From: Chiloscyllium plagiosum
Taxonomy: Eukaryota
Assembly (NCBI RefSeq): GCF_004010195.1
Contig: NC_057718.1
Location: forward strand, 44,926,143 to 44,952,791
Direction of reading: 5' to 3'
Length of the DNA stretch: 26,649 bases
A model generated the notes under the pieces. The model worked only from the letters and a program-made list of their open reading frames with translations, did no database searches and was not told the origin of the DNA. Each line of letters starts with the position of its first letter. Within the stretch, counting starts at the first letter, position 1. Both the position numbers and the translations under genes were made by a program. Shown in pieces: positions 11,010 through 21,977 of this stretch.

Positions 11010-11310
11010 CATGTAGTAAAATAACAGCAGATAGCATAATATTGCAAAATCCTTTGAGATGAGAGGACTGGAGAGTTGTAACTGGCGCATAATTCTTGTA
11101 CAAGGGCAATTCCGATGTTGCATGTGCTTTACTTCCAAAGTTCATAACTGTGAATGAAATTAGTGCATAACCCACGAAGGATGATAACAGCTTGTCAACT
11201 TGGTTAAGCTGATAGCCTTTTTGGAAGTTAGAAAAGTATATAGGTAAAGAAAATATTGTGATTTGACGTACATTTTCAGAAGACATCCAGTGAGGTGCAC
11301 TTTACAAATC
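11010..11310 (+). mobile_element. Very decayed CR1 ORF2 fragment
   Basis: 'gaggactggagagttgtaact..ttgtacaagggc' resembles the EDWRVANV..L.KKG motif. Confidence 0.5.
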
Positions 11311-12756
11311 TTTCAACAGATAATTTGTCTTTTGGGTTAACAATTGCTGTCATAAATGTACCTCATATTCCGTTCGATATAACATTTCCCATTGTCTATT
11401 ATTTAGTTAAATTGCAGTGACCCAGAGTCAGAGAATCGCTATTGCATATATCAGCAATGTTGCAGCTGCCACCATATGTGGTCTCCTATCTTCAACACAA
11501 ACAGATTTAAAAATTCAAATAAGATGACACATGATTGCAAACCAACAATCTGGCTTGTTTGCAGAAAATATTCATATGAACAGAATGTAGATTTCACTCA
11601 CCATAAATTGAGAAGCCAAGTACCCCTATTGCTCTTCTATATAAAAACTCATTTTGGCAGAAGATGGAATGATCCACTATGGCACTACAAGCTAAAATGG
11701 ATAAATTTCTTTAAAAATTTGATGTCATCCTTTAAAGTCCCACTGAAATCAAACAACTTGATCACATATATTTGATGAGTACAAATAATCTATAGAAGCA
11801 TTCACTCTGTGTAAATAAAAATTGTTAGTTTCAATGTGTCATGCCTGTGAAATGTTAAATTGTTCATCAGTGCACATGGCTGGCTAGCAATGAATTTGGG
11901 TGAAATCTCCCCCTCAGAATGATGTGGGATATTGTGGGAATTATGACAGAATTGCATGAAAATTCAAGCGAGGTCTTTTTTGACATCGGGAGCAACAAGT
12001 CACATTTTCCAACTAAATTCCACACATTAAGATGAAATTCTCATTATGAAGCAGCAAGAGATCTATAACTAGGATTTTGCTCATTATCAGCCTCATTTTT
12101 ACCAAATTTCACCTCATTAATATGCAGGCTTCACCTACCAGGTAGAAACTAGATGTCAAGAATTTGTGACATGCAAATCAGCATGGATACCTAGCTCACT
12201 ACTTGATCCTCCAGACTTCCATCTTGGACATTCGGCACCAACATCTCAGGATATTTTCCGTGGACAGCAGCCACATGCTCTGCACATCCATGGATGCTGT
12301 CATCAACACATTCCAGTGACTCTACACCATCATTGCACATCACCAGTCCACTTAATGTCGCTTCTGCACTGCCACACTGCACTTTGGAGTGCACTGGCAC
12401 TTAACATTGGAATACTGCTGCATGGAGCGTCCCAGTTCACTGTTTGGTCCAAGCTGAAATTCAGGGCGAATTGCTTGCTTTCTTAGCATACACTCATTTA
12501 GCGCTTCACAAGATACTCATAGAATTCCTATCTTGCTTTGTTTTCAGCACTTTGCCTCCTCAGCCAGAGCTAACAGGCTCACAGTATTGACTTGGTGTCA
12601 AAGCTGGGAAGCGTGTCATGGTTGTCAGCAGTCATCCACTGAGGTGGTGGACATGTACCAGTACAGCACCATATCAGGTCAATCTCACATCTGCATCATG
12701 TGCCAGCACCTTATGCTACATGTGTTTCAAAGGTCTAATGGAAGTACTCCTCAATC

Positions 12757-13330
12757 AAGAGTCATAGAAATGTACAGCATGGAAACAGACCCTTCGGTCC
12801 AACCTGTCCATGCCGACCAGATAACCCAACCCAATCCCTCCAAACCCTTGCTATTCATATACCTATCCAAATGCCTCTTAAATGTTGCAATTGTACCAGC
12901 CTCTACCACTTCCTCTGGCAGCTCATTCCATACACATACCACTCTCTGTGTGAAAAAGTTGCCCTGTAGGTCTCTTTGATATCTTTCCCCTCTCACCCTA
13001 AACCTATGCCTTTTAGTTCTGGACTCCCCAACACCAGGAAGAAGACTTTGCCTATTTACCCTATCCATGCACCTCATAATTTTGTAAACCTCTAGAAGGT
13101 CACCCCTCAGCCTCCGAAGTTCCAGGGAAAACAGCCCCAGCCTGTTCAGTCTCTCCCTACAGCTCAAATCCTCCAACCCTGGCAACATCTCTTTGTTCAG
13201 CAACACTCCATCGGGCTTTACCATTAAGTGTATAAGTCTTGCTAAGATCTGCTTTCCCAAAATGCAGCACCTCACATTTATCTGAATTAAACTCCATCTG
13301 CCATTTCTCAGCCTATTGGCCCATCTATTC
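12757..13330 (-). mobile_element. Relatively young 5'-truncated CR1 3' end with internal deletions
   Basis: Peptide MLPGLEDLS..LGLFSLELRRLRGDL..NFFTQRVV..WNELP and the 3' tail ctatgactct. Compared with other copies here, segments are missing near 12835 and 13190. Confidence 0.92.
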
Positions 13331-13399
13331 CGGGGCCCTGATGCAGTAAGTTGAAGGCAGTCTCCATTGTCAGTCCAGAGGCTTGGACACAGACATTTT

Positions 13400-13966
13400 T
13401 GCCACGCATGGCAGTCAGCATCAAGCTTCTCTCCTTGTAGGAGTGAGGAACTGAATACTAGGCATCCCACCACATATCAGTACCCATTTTGCTCTGTTAT
13501 GAAAAAAATTCCCCTGGAATTAGAGAATAGAAGGGATTGAGTAAGGTGAAAGTGGGTGGCTACCCACTGTTGCAGCAGGTGGAGCTCAGGAGTTGAGGTA
13601 TCCCAGTAGGTGAGGGAATTGGGTGGGTAAGAGCAAGTGAAGGAAAATGTCACATGCAATAGTGAGAGTGGTACAGAATGAGTTTTGGTGGGAGGTGGGA
13701 CAGTATCAGAAATAAACTGAATTGGAGATAGCAGAGAGGATGGTGGCATTTACCATAGCAGCACAAAGAAGGTCATTGACCTTATTCTTTTGTTGCTGGA
13801 CGTTCCTCTAGATGGTTCAGACCACACTGACCCAGGCAAGGTCTGGTGTTGTGGACTCCTCTGCTGATCCTAAGGGAAAAGGACATCCCTCCTCTGCAAT
13901 ACCTCAATGCCTAGACCTAGGGTCCATGTCTGCAAAGCATAGTGCCAGTTTCCACTGACCTATCAT
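13400..13966 (-). pseudogene. Fossil PIF/Harbinger Myb/SANT-like DNA-binding protein gene (two exons, intron about 13514-13753)
   Basis: Minus-strand remnants with frameshifts and a stop: MIGQWKLALCFADMD..EVLQRRDVLFP*DQQRSPQHQTL..RNVQQQKNKVNDLL|gtaaat...ttccag|..HNRAK...GGMPSIQFLTP..ERSL. This resembles the APRF..LF..W..Q.RKK.NDL..TGGG pattern of Harbinger Myb/SANT proteins. Confidence 0.65.
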
Positions 13967-14398
13967 GGCCAGAGCAAATGTGACAAACCATGCAGAGCAG
14001 CTCAGTACTGACAGTGTTTAACTGAGTATACTTTTAAAGACAATGCATGCACTAGGGATCCTATTAGTGATGAGTCCTTCTGGCAACTGTGAGTGGGTGA
14101 ATCAGGCTAGCATCAGACAAAAGGGCACCATAGGGGTATGTAGGTAGTTATTGAGGTGTATTTGGGATCAGATCATGAAAAGACCCTTTAGACCTCCAAG
14201 AAACTTCATAAAAGTGAGTTTACCAACATATGGAAAGGTTTAACCCATAATTCCATCTATATAGGAAACAAAAGGAAGTAATTGGTTTTAAATTATGTGA
14301 AGTAGGCTTTAAAAATGTCATTAGGTGACCTTCATTCAATAGGTTTATTACTTGCTGATGAAGAATAATGATCACTGTGTGTTACTTTGTTTCTTCAG

Positions 14399-14491
14399 CA
14401 TTTTGTTTGGGATCATCCTGCAAGCTATCCACACAGTTTATCATTCAAGATCATATGGCTATGCATTACAAGAGGCTACAATCAGCCAAAG
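14399..14491 (+). CDS. SPATA7: Spermatogenesis-associated protein 7, internal coding exon (equivalent to human exon 3), 93 nt, phase 1-1
   Basis: Acceptor ttactttgtttcttcag, donor AAG|gtatca. Encodes xFCLGSSCKLSTQFIIQDHMAMHYKRLQSAK, compared with recalled human AFCTDSSSLRLSTLQLVKNHMAVHYNKILSAK. Confidence 0.9.
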
Positions 14492-15038
14492 GTATCATAG
14501 ATAATATGTAAATAGCTGTGTTGATTTGTGGCTATGCATTAGGCAAAAAACATTATCAAGCATTTTCAATTTTGCTAATATGATACAAATATAGATTCCT
14601 AATGCTACAAGGACAAAATATTTGCTGAAACTATGCAAAAACATCTTTAATTATTTGTGCCAACTGCTCCCATATCAGAAAGGAGCTGTGTAACTCAACA
14701 TGCAGAATTTAAACATTTGTATATGAATATTTGAGAGTATAGCATTGATTTTAACTTTGACTAATAGATTTGTAACAGATAATAGCAGTTTATTTGTCTT
14801 TTATACACCCTCCCCATTTTCTTCACCATTGAAACTGCATTTCATAGCCACCACTGAAATTTAAAATCACTTCAAATATTTGTTCTATTGTAGCCTTCAA
14901 CCATAATCATAAAAGGGTTATATTAGAAAATAAAAGAATGAGACCGTAAATGATTTTCTGACTGACATTTTAGAGCCTGCATTAACTGATACACTTTAAA
15001 TTAGTTAATGCCAACATTAAAGTGACAGACTGTGCTCA

Positions 15039-15152
15039 GGGCTTTGTGGTACAGTGATATCCCTATGCCTGGCTTCAAGTCCCACTGCAGGATGTGATGG
15101 CCACAGAGCTTTAACTTACATAACATAGCAATCAGGTTGATTTAAAATAAAA
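15039..15152 (+). mobile_element. Short tRNA-derived SINE, decayed
   Basis: A-box-like 'tggtacagtga', B-box-like 'gcttcaagtcc', and an A-rich end 'caggttgatttaaaataaaa'. Confidence 0.55.
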
Positions 15153-15164
15153 ATCTCTATCAGT

Positions 15165-15715
15165 GTCAGAGAATATTGCAACAGAAACCTTTCTGCCCAC
15201 ATCCCAATCCTCTAAAAGAGCTTCTTGTTTAATTCCATTCCCTTCATCCTTTTCCTTGATAGTTATCCCTTTACCTTCACTCACTTGTCCAATTTGTTTC
15301 AATAGGCTAATATGGATTTTGCTATAGTCACTACGTTTAGTCCTAATATTCCAAGTTCTTACAACTTACTGCATAAAAAAATTGTTGTAACTTCTAGCCT
15401 CATTCTTCTGAAAATTTGTCCTCTAGTTGATAACTTTTAGACCATTAACTGTAGTGTTTTTCTCATTTTTTTAATCAAAACCCCCGCAAATTTGAATATC
15501 TATTCTGAACTTTTGGTTAAAAAAAAGACCCACTTACACAAACACAAATTGCTGGAAAAAGTCATCAGGCCTGGCAGCACCTGTGGAGAGAAAGCAGAGT
15601 TAACATTACAGGTCCAGTGACCCTCTTCAGAACTCAACGTTACGAGCTTTAGGCCCAATTACTCGATTTCGACTTATAAGTAAAACCCTTCATCTTAAAT
15701 ATCATCTTAAAGTAT
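15165..15715 (-). mobile_element. Very decayed CR1 3' end, interrupted by a PLE pLTR
   Basis: 'attccaagttcttacaacttactgcataaaaaaatt' is the reverse complement of an FF.Q.VV..WN-like motif. Confidence 0.5.
15536..15636 (-). mobile_element. Solo PLE pLTR fragment with degenerate hammerhead (15597-15635)
   Basis: Similar to 9330-9430. Minus strand reads gagtt-CTGAAGA-gggtc-actg-gacct-GTAAT-GTT-aactc: stems I and II retained, GAAA box mutated. Confidence 0.8.
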
Positions 15716-15820
15716 GATAATTAATCCCAGAAATAGAATCTTTTCACAGGTTGTCTCAGTTGCCCACAATAATCCCCACTAGAAGAAGCGTGAAAAACTT
15801 AGTAAGACTGTTTCAGCATT

Positions 15821-16906
15821 TCTAGATTAGAGTGGTGCTGGAAAAGCACAGCAGGTCAGGCAGCATCCGTGGAGTAGGAAAATCGACATTTTAGGCGAAA
15901 GCCCTTCATTAGGATTGAAGGCAGGGAGCCTCCAAGATGGAGAGATAAATGGGAGCGGGGGTGAGCTGGGGAGAACGTAGCAAAGAGTACAATGGGTGAT
16001 TGGGGGTATGGATGAAGGTGATAGGTCAGAGAGGAGAGTGGAGCAGACCACATCATCCGCCGTCATTTCCACCACCTTCAAACGGACCCCACCACCAGGG
16101 ATATATTTCCCTCTCCATCCCTTTCTGCTTTCCACAAAGACCATTCCTCCGTGACTACCTGGTCAGGTCCACACTCCCCAACAACCCACCGTCCCGTCCT
16201 GGCACCCTCCCCTGCCACTGCAGGAATTGCAAAACCTGTGCCCACACCTCCTCCCTCACCTCCATCCAAGGCCACAAAGGAGCCTTCCACATCCATCAAA
16301 GTTTCACCTGCACATCCACCAATGTCATTTATTGTATCTGTTGCTCCCGATGCAATCTCCTCTACATTGAGGTGACCAGATGCCTTTTTGCAGAGCGCTT
16401 TAGGGAACATCTCCGGGACACCCGCACCAATCAACCCCAACGCCCGTGGCCCAACATTTCACCTCTCCCTCCCACTCTGCTGAGGACACGCAGGTCCTGG
16501 GCCTCCTCTACTGCCACTCCCTCACCACCCAGTGCCTGGAGGAAGAATGTCTCATCTTCCGCCTCAGAACATTTCAACCCCAGGGCATCAATGTGGACTT
16601 CAACAGTTTCCTCATTTCCTCTTCCCCCACCTCCCCCCNNNNNNNNNNNNNNNNNNNNNNNNNNNNNNNNNNNNNNNNNNNNNNNNNNNNNNNNNNNGAT
16701 TGTACTCTTTGCTACCTTCTCCCCAGCTCCACCCCCCTCCCATTTATCTCTCCACCCTGGAGGCTCCCTGCCTTCAGTCCTGATGAAGGGCTTTTGCCCA
16801 AAATGTTGATTTTCCTGCTCCTCAGATGCTGCCTGACCTGCTGTGCTTTTCCAGCACCACTCTGATCTAGACTCTGACTTCCAGCATCTGCAGTCCTCAC
16901 TTTTGC
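15821..16906 (+). mobile_element. Neptune-type Penelope-like element, 5'-truncated with inverted pLTR; GIY-YIG endonuclease pseudogene (about 16050-16615)
   Basis: Peptides PCHCRNCKTC, FTCTSTNVIYCICCSRCNLLYIE, ERFREH, then frameshift to VAQHF..H..IFRL.T.QPQGIN. Left arm 15821-16047 is inverted relative to the right end. Flanking direct repeat ctgtttcagcatttct at 15808-15823 and 16907-16922. Confidence 0.93.
16639..16697. other. Assembly gap (59 N)
   Basis: Run of N within the C-rich PLE 3' region. Confidence 0.99.
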
Positions 16907-17704
16907 CTGTTTCAGCATTTCTGTTGATCTATTCAGATCTTCTTTCACAATTACATTAGTTATCAGGTGAGATTCTGTCATAGTATTCTAACTGTAACCT
17001 AGCCAATGGTTTGTTTAGATTTATTATTATCTTTTTGCCTCTATCTTATCCAAAAGTATCAATAAATATGTACTCATAAATAATAAAGTAGCAGCAGGGA
17101 AATGCGACTTGTTTTTAAGAACACAGAGTGTCAGTACATGTGTGGTTCAATATTGCATTGTGTCTTTTCTATGATCCTGTCAAAGGCTAAAATTGTGATA
17201 ACCTAACTTTGATATATTTGAATTGCCTAAACGATTAATTCAACTGGTTAAAAATTAAAGGGTATTTCCATGGAAGTGACATTTTAATACCTGTTTAATG
17301 TAAAAGCGCTGGGTAAACTACAAGTATTGAACTAATCTGATGGATCATTTCTGCCATGCTAATCTACCTCATTGGATAGATGACAGTGGAGCCAACAAAA
17401 CCTGACTCATACTGCAATGACTTGTACTTGGACCATTCTGCCACATTTTATAACATTAAGATTCAGAGCTAATGGTGGTGATTGAATTACTGGTCTGAAG
17501 TGTCAGTACAGCTCTAAATGTATGAATAGAATACCTCAACATTTAAAATATATTCACACATTTCTTTCTCAAAGGAGTGTGCCTTAGTTTTCCATTGAAG
17601 TGAAGTATAGCAAAAAAATCAATGTTTACTATCGTGAACTAAATACCTTGCAATTAGATTAATTCATGCGGTTTTCACTGTTTTCTTGTTTGTGTATATT
17701 TCAG

Positions 17705-17752
17705 CCACTGTTGATTCATCTATGCCGAAAAGCATGTCTACCAGTGTTAAAT
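17705..17752 (+). CDS. SPATA7: SPATA7 internal coding exon (equivalent to human exon 4), 48 nt, phase 1-1
   Basis: Acceptor ttttcttgtttgtgtatatttcag, donor T|gtaagt. In frame with the previous exon: ATVDSSMPKSMSTSVK, compared with recalled human AAVDCSVPVSVSTSIK. Confidence 0.9.
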
Positions 17753-19520
17753 GTAAGTGCTTAATTCATGAGCAATCACAGTATCAATTGTCAAAATTTG
17801 TCGCAGGCAGAATTTGTCTGCAACCACTGGAAATGAAAGATTATGTAGGTTGGCAAATTGTCCTGTTATATGCAGATTTTACAGCACAGCAGTAGGCCAT
17901 TCATCTTAACTGTGCTCTTCTGGTGCTATTACTCTGGTTAAACCTCCTCCTATCCCTATTTCCTTCTATTGCCATATTTACAATTCTTTCTGTTTATAAG
18001 TTCCTATCTATTATGCCCTTTTTTCTTCATTTTGTTTCTCCTTCTACTCTTTAAGTAAGTGATATATGGGGAGGCCTCAATGAGTACATGGAATGTGCTT
18101 GATCCAGATTCCCAATGCTGACTGGTGTACCAGTTCAGGGATGCAGAAATTGGAACTAATTACATGTGGTGCTGCAGCTGAAATGACAAGAAGCTTACAA
18201 CGTGGATGAGAAGGATATAGATGGAGCTAACTGATAAGCAAAATAATGATTGTATTAGCTAGAACATCATCTTTAGTGGCTGAAATCACAAAGACTGTAA
18301 GATTCTCAGAAACTACATTAGAGTTTTTGGTATTGGTAGACTTAAAGGGAAGAAGCAACAGTGCTCACAAAAAAAGAATGTGCAAGTGGAAGTGCATTCA
18401 CAACATAATCTTTTGTGCTAAAATAATTTTAATATCTCAAGCAGGATGACTAAGACTAATGAAGGTACAAGTACTAATGTAAGTACAGAACTAATGAGGC
18501 AAACTTAACTCAGCCTTGAACCATCACTGCCAAATAGTATAAAAGAAGAAAGGAGCATTAATAAGCAGAATATATTGTTCTCCTTCAGTGTCTACTCTCC
18601 TCCCATTGTAGTGTCTTAAGTTACAGCTTCTTTAATGTATAAATAAGAAATAAAGTCAGCAGCTAGTTGCAGATTAATTCAAGAATATTAGTTGGAACTT
18701 AAGTAAAAATACAATTGTGTAATATTCGTAGTGCTCAAAACATTGTGCACTTTCAATAGTGAAGGTTAAGAACTAGAGGTAAAGGGCTGCCACAAATGGA
18801 GGAACAGCTGGAATTGACCCATCCATTGGTATAAAGTGGAAGCTCTATCATTACAGCAATACTGTGGTGTTTTGGGAAAATAAAAATAGTGGAAGTCTGG
18901 AAGCTGGCAATAAGAGAGAATCCTTTCAGAAATATGCTTTGTTCTTTTTAGTCATTCTTGTTATTTAAACAACTTGATATTGCTTCACATTCTTTGAATC
19001 TCAATGAACTGTACCCTTCTAAAATTAATGTCCTATGTGCTCCTGAATTGTTAAATATTAAAGAATTGCTTGATGCTGTAGAACCCGCAGAAAGCTATTT
19101 ACCCAAGCATTGGTCTTCCCATCTGCAATGCATTAACCCTCCTGCAGTCTCGGTCACCACTGTCACATCCTATCTGCTTCCCACTGCTTCAATCTATGAA
19201 TATTGTGCTCACCACTGCAAATAAAACATCAAAACCAAATATGTAGCAGAAAACATTTCATCCAACAACTCTATTCAATCTGCATCAATAAAAAGTTGGA
19301 ATCAACTTTTTGAAACCATTTTGTGTTTTCATTTCTGAGGTGTATGCACAGTGGCTGTAGCTGGGAGGTGGAAGGCTTTGAAAGCGTCAGTGAAAATCCT
19401 TCAGACAGCCATGGCAAGGTCTAATTGCACACAACAGCATCGCAGCATTGATTGGACTAGCTGGCTGTGTGGCACTAGCAAGTGTACTTGGAGAATAGGT
19501 GGTTCAGAGCAAATACTTAC

Positions 19521-19643
19521 TCCTCCTTAGTGAAATTAGCAAATGCCAAGGCGACTGTCCAGGGATTAGGCTTCATCAGTCCTTCATTTTTTAGAAGCTT
19601 AGAGTGCAGGAGTTCTATGATGCTTTGGAAGTCCCTGTCAACA
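19521..19643 (-). other. Candidate antisense exon (123 nt, one open frame), unidentified
   Basis: Acceptor gattttgttttgaattccag, donor GA|gtaagt. Open frame VDRDFQSIIELLHSKLLKNEGLMKPNPWTVALAFANFTKE; no homolog recognised. Confidence 0.3.
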
Positions 19644-20005
19644 CTGGAATTCAAAACAAAATCACAGCTGTTTCTGTTACAATATAGAGCTGTCAAGCAA
19701 AGATATATCTTGATGGGTAACATGAAGCTGTTTTACAGAGCTAACTAATTTTTCAATTTTAAGCAGCATGATGTTGAAGCTCTGTTTGAAGCCCTAAAAT
19801 AGGTTGGAGCTGGATTTTGCCTTGATCTGAGCAACTACAAGGAATCTCACTGACAATGACAACTAACATTACTTGCATCATTACACGCACCTTCTGTGGT
19901 AGCCTGGGCCCTCACAGGCAGCATCTGAGTCCTTTACAGGAGATCGAGAATGCAATTTTGTTGTCAGTGATTCAGTCTCAATCCTGTACTAACCATTCCT
20001 TAAAA

Positions 20006-20578
20006 TGTACAGGACATTGCTTAGGCCACTGTTGGAATATTGCGTGTAGTTCTGGTCTCCTTCCTATCGGAAAGATGTTGTGAAACTTGAAAGGGTTCAG
20101 AAAAGATATTGCCTGGGTTGAAGGGTCTAAGCTACAGAGAGGGGCTGAACAGGCTGGGGCTGTTTTCCCTGGAGCGTCAGATGCTGAGGAGTGACCGTAT
20201 AGAGGTTTAAAAAATTATGAGGAGCATGGATAGGATAAATAGACAAAGTCTTTTCCCTGGGGTCGAAGAGTCCAGAACTAGAGGGCATAGGTTTAGGGTG
20301 AGAGGGGAAAGATATAAAAGAGACCTAAGGGGCAACCTTTTCATGCAGAGGGTGGTACATGTATGGAATGAGCTGCCAGAGGATGTGGTGGATGCTGGTA
20401 CAATTGCAACATTTAAGAGGCATTTGGATTGGTATATGAATAGGAAGGGTTTGGAGGAATATGGGCCGGGCGCTGGCAGGTGGGACTAGATTGGGTTGGG
20501 ATATCTGGTCGGCATGGACGAGTTGGATTGAAGGGTCTGTTTCCATGCTGTACATCTCTTTGACTCCATGACTCTATG
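20006..20578 (+). mobile_element. Relatively young 5'-truncated CR1 3' end
   Basis: Peptide MRSMDRINRQSLFP..RGHRFRVRG..QRVVHVWNELP and an 8-bp tail repeat (ctctttga ctccatga ctctatga). Same subfamily as 12757-13330. Confidence 0.93.
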
Positions 20579-20579
20579 A

Positions 20580-21977
20580 TATAGGAGGACAAATAGATCA
20601 TTCAGCCCATCAATCTAGTCCACCATTCAATGAGATCATGGCTGATCTAATAATCCTGATCTAATTCCACTCTCTTGCCTTATCCCCATGAAACTGATAC
20701 CCTTACTGATTAAAAAGGTGTCTGTCGCAACCTCGAAGACATTTAACGATCCAGCCATGACAATCTGCTATAGTAAAGAATTCTACAGATCGATTCAAAG
20801 AAAAATTGTCTTCTTCACCTCTGTCTTAAGTGGGTGACCCCTTACTCTGAAGTCAATACCTTCTGTTCCAAGTCTCTCTCACTAGGAGAAACAACCTCTT
20901 TCTAGCTACCCTTTCAAGCCCCCTAAAATTCTTAAATGGTTCAATAGATCGCCTCATATTCTACTAACCTCCAATGAATACAAGTCCTCATAAAAAAAAT
21001 CCCTCCATGTCCAGGATCAACATAGTGAACCTCGCTGGACTGCTTCCAATGCCATTATACCTTACCTTAAATAAGGGGACCAAAACTGTCCACAATATCC
21101 CAGCGGTGGTCTGACTAGTGCCTTATGTAGTTTTAGTAAGACCACACTATCTTTATGTGTCATTCCCTTTAAAATAAGGGGCAATATTCCTTTTACTTTC
21201 CATATTACCTGCTGAAGTTGGATACTAGCTTTTTTGTGATACATGCATGAGGACCCCACATCCCTTTCTGCTACAGTTCTCTGCAGTCTTTCCCTATTTA
21301 TATGAAATAATATTTAATTTTCTATTTGTCTTGCCAAAGTGCTAAGCCTCACATTTTCCAACATTGTATACTATCTGCCAAATCTTTACCAGCATACCTG
21401 TATAGATTCGTTGTGCCATTCTCACTACTTGCCTCACCATTTATTCTTGTGTCATCTGCAACATAGTACATTCACTTTTCCTCATCCAAGTCATTAATAT
21501 GTAACGTAAATAATTGCATTGTTGCCTGTGGCACTCCACTCGTTACAGGTTGCCATTCCCAAATCAATTATTTCGCTATTCCTCTGTTGATACAAATGTA
21601 CTACTGCCAACACTGTGAGCTCCTACCTTATTAAATAACCTTATGGATGATATGTTATTGAATGTATTTTGGAAATCCACATATATTACATCCACTGATT
21701 CCCCATTATCTATCCTGCTTATTACCTCCTCAAAGAACTGTAATAAAATTATTAGGTATGATTTTTCCTTCATAATGTCATGCTGACTCTGTTGATTATA
21801 TTATGTATTTCTAAAAGCTGTACAACTTTATCTTTTGTAACAATTTCTAACAATTTCCCAATGACAGATGTTAAGCCTATGAGCCTATAGTTATCTATAT
21901 TTGATTCCCTTTTGAATAAGAGTGTTACCTTTGCAGTTTTCCAATCCTCTGGGATTTTTACTGAATCTAAGGATTTG
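20580..21977 (-). mobile_element. Older CR1 LINE 3' and RT region (continues at 26222)
   Basis: Peptides KLHKALVRPPLGYCGQFWSPYLR and QFFEEVISRIDNGESVDVIYVDFQ; 3' UTR at about 20580-20700. Confidence 0.88.

Noticed and set aside
11418..11775. Possible SPATA7 exon 2 or 99-aa ORF
   Set aside because: No FKGHLSTKS-like peptide and no convincing donor; AT-rich chance ORF.
12751..13473. 240-aa minus ORF as a novel gene
   Set aside because: Chance read-through from Harbinger remnant sequence into a deleted CR1 3' end.
14175..14213. ATG...AAA|gtgagt mini-exon upstream of the SPATA7 exon
   Set aside because: The ATG frame ends in phase 0, incompatible with the phase-1 acceptor at 14399; no homology.
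14224..14256. 33-nt minus-strand exon candidate with a pyrimidine-rich acceptor
   Set aside because: Weak donor (gtaaac), very short, no recognisable peptide.
16000..16865. 269-aa and 139-aa ORFs as a functional GIY-YIG nuclease
   Set aside because: Frameshifted near 16445, YIG mutated to YIE, no RT domain, and both ORFs run through an N gap.
17868..17895. 'YADFTAQQ' resembling the start of the next SPATA7 exon (YADQQ)
   Set aside because: No acceptor at the right position and an immediate stop; coincidence.
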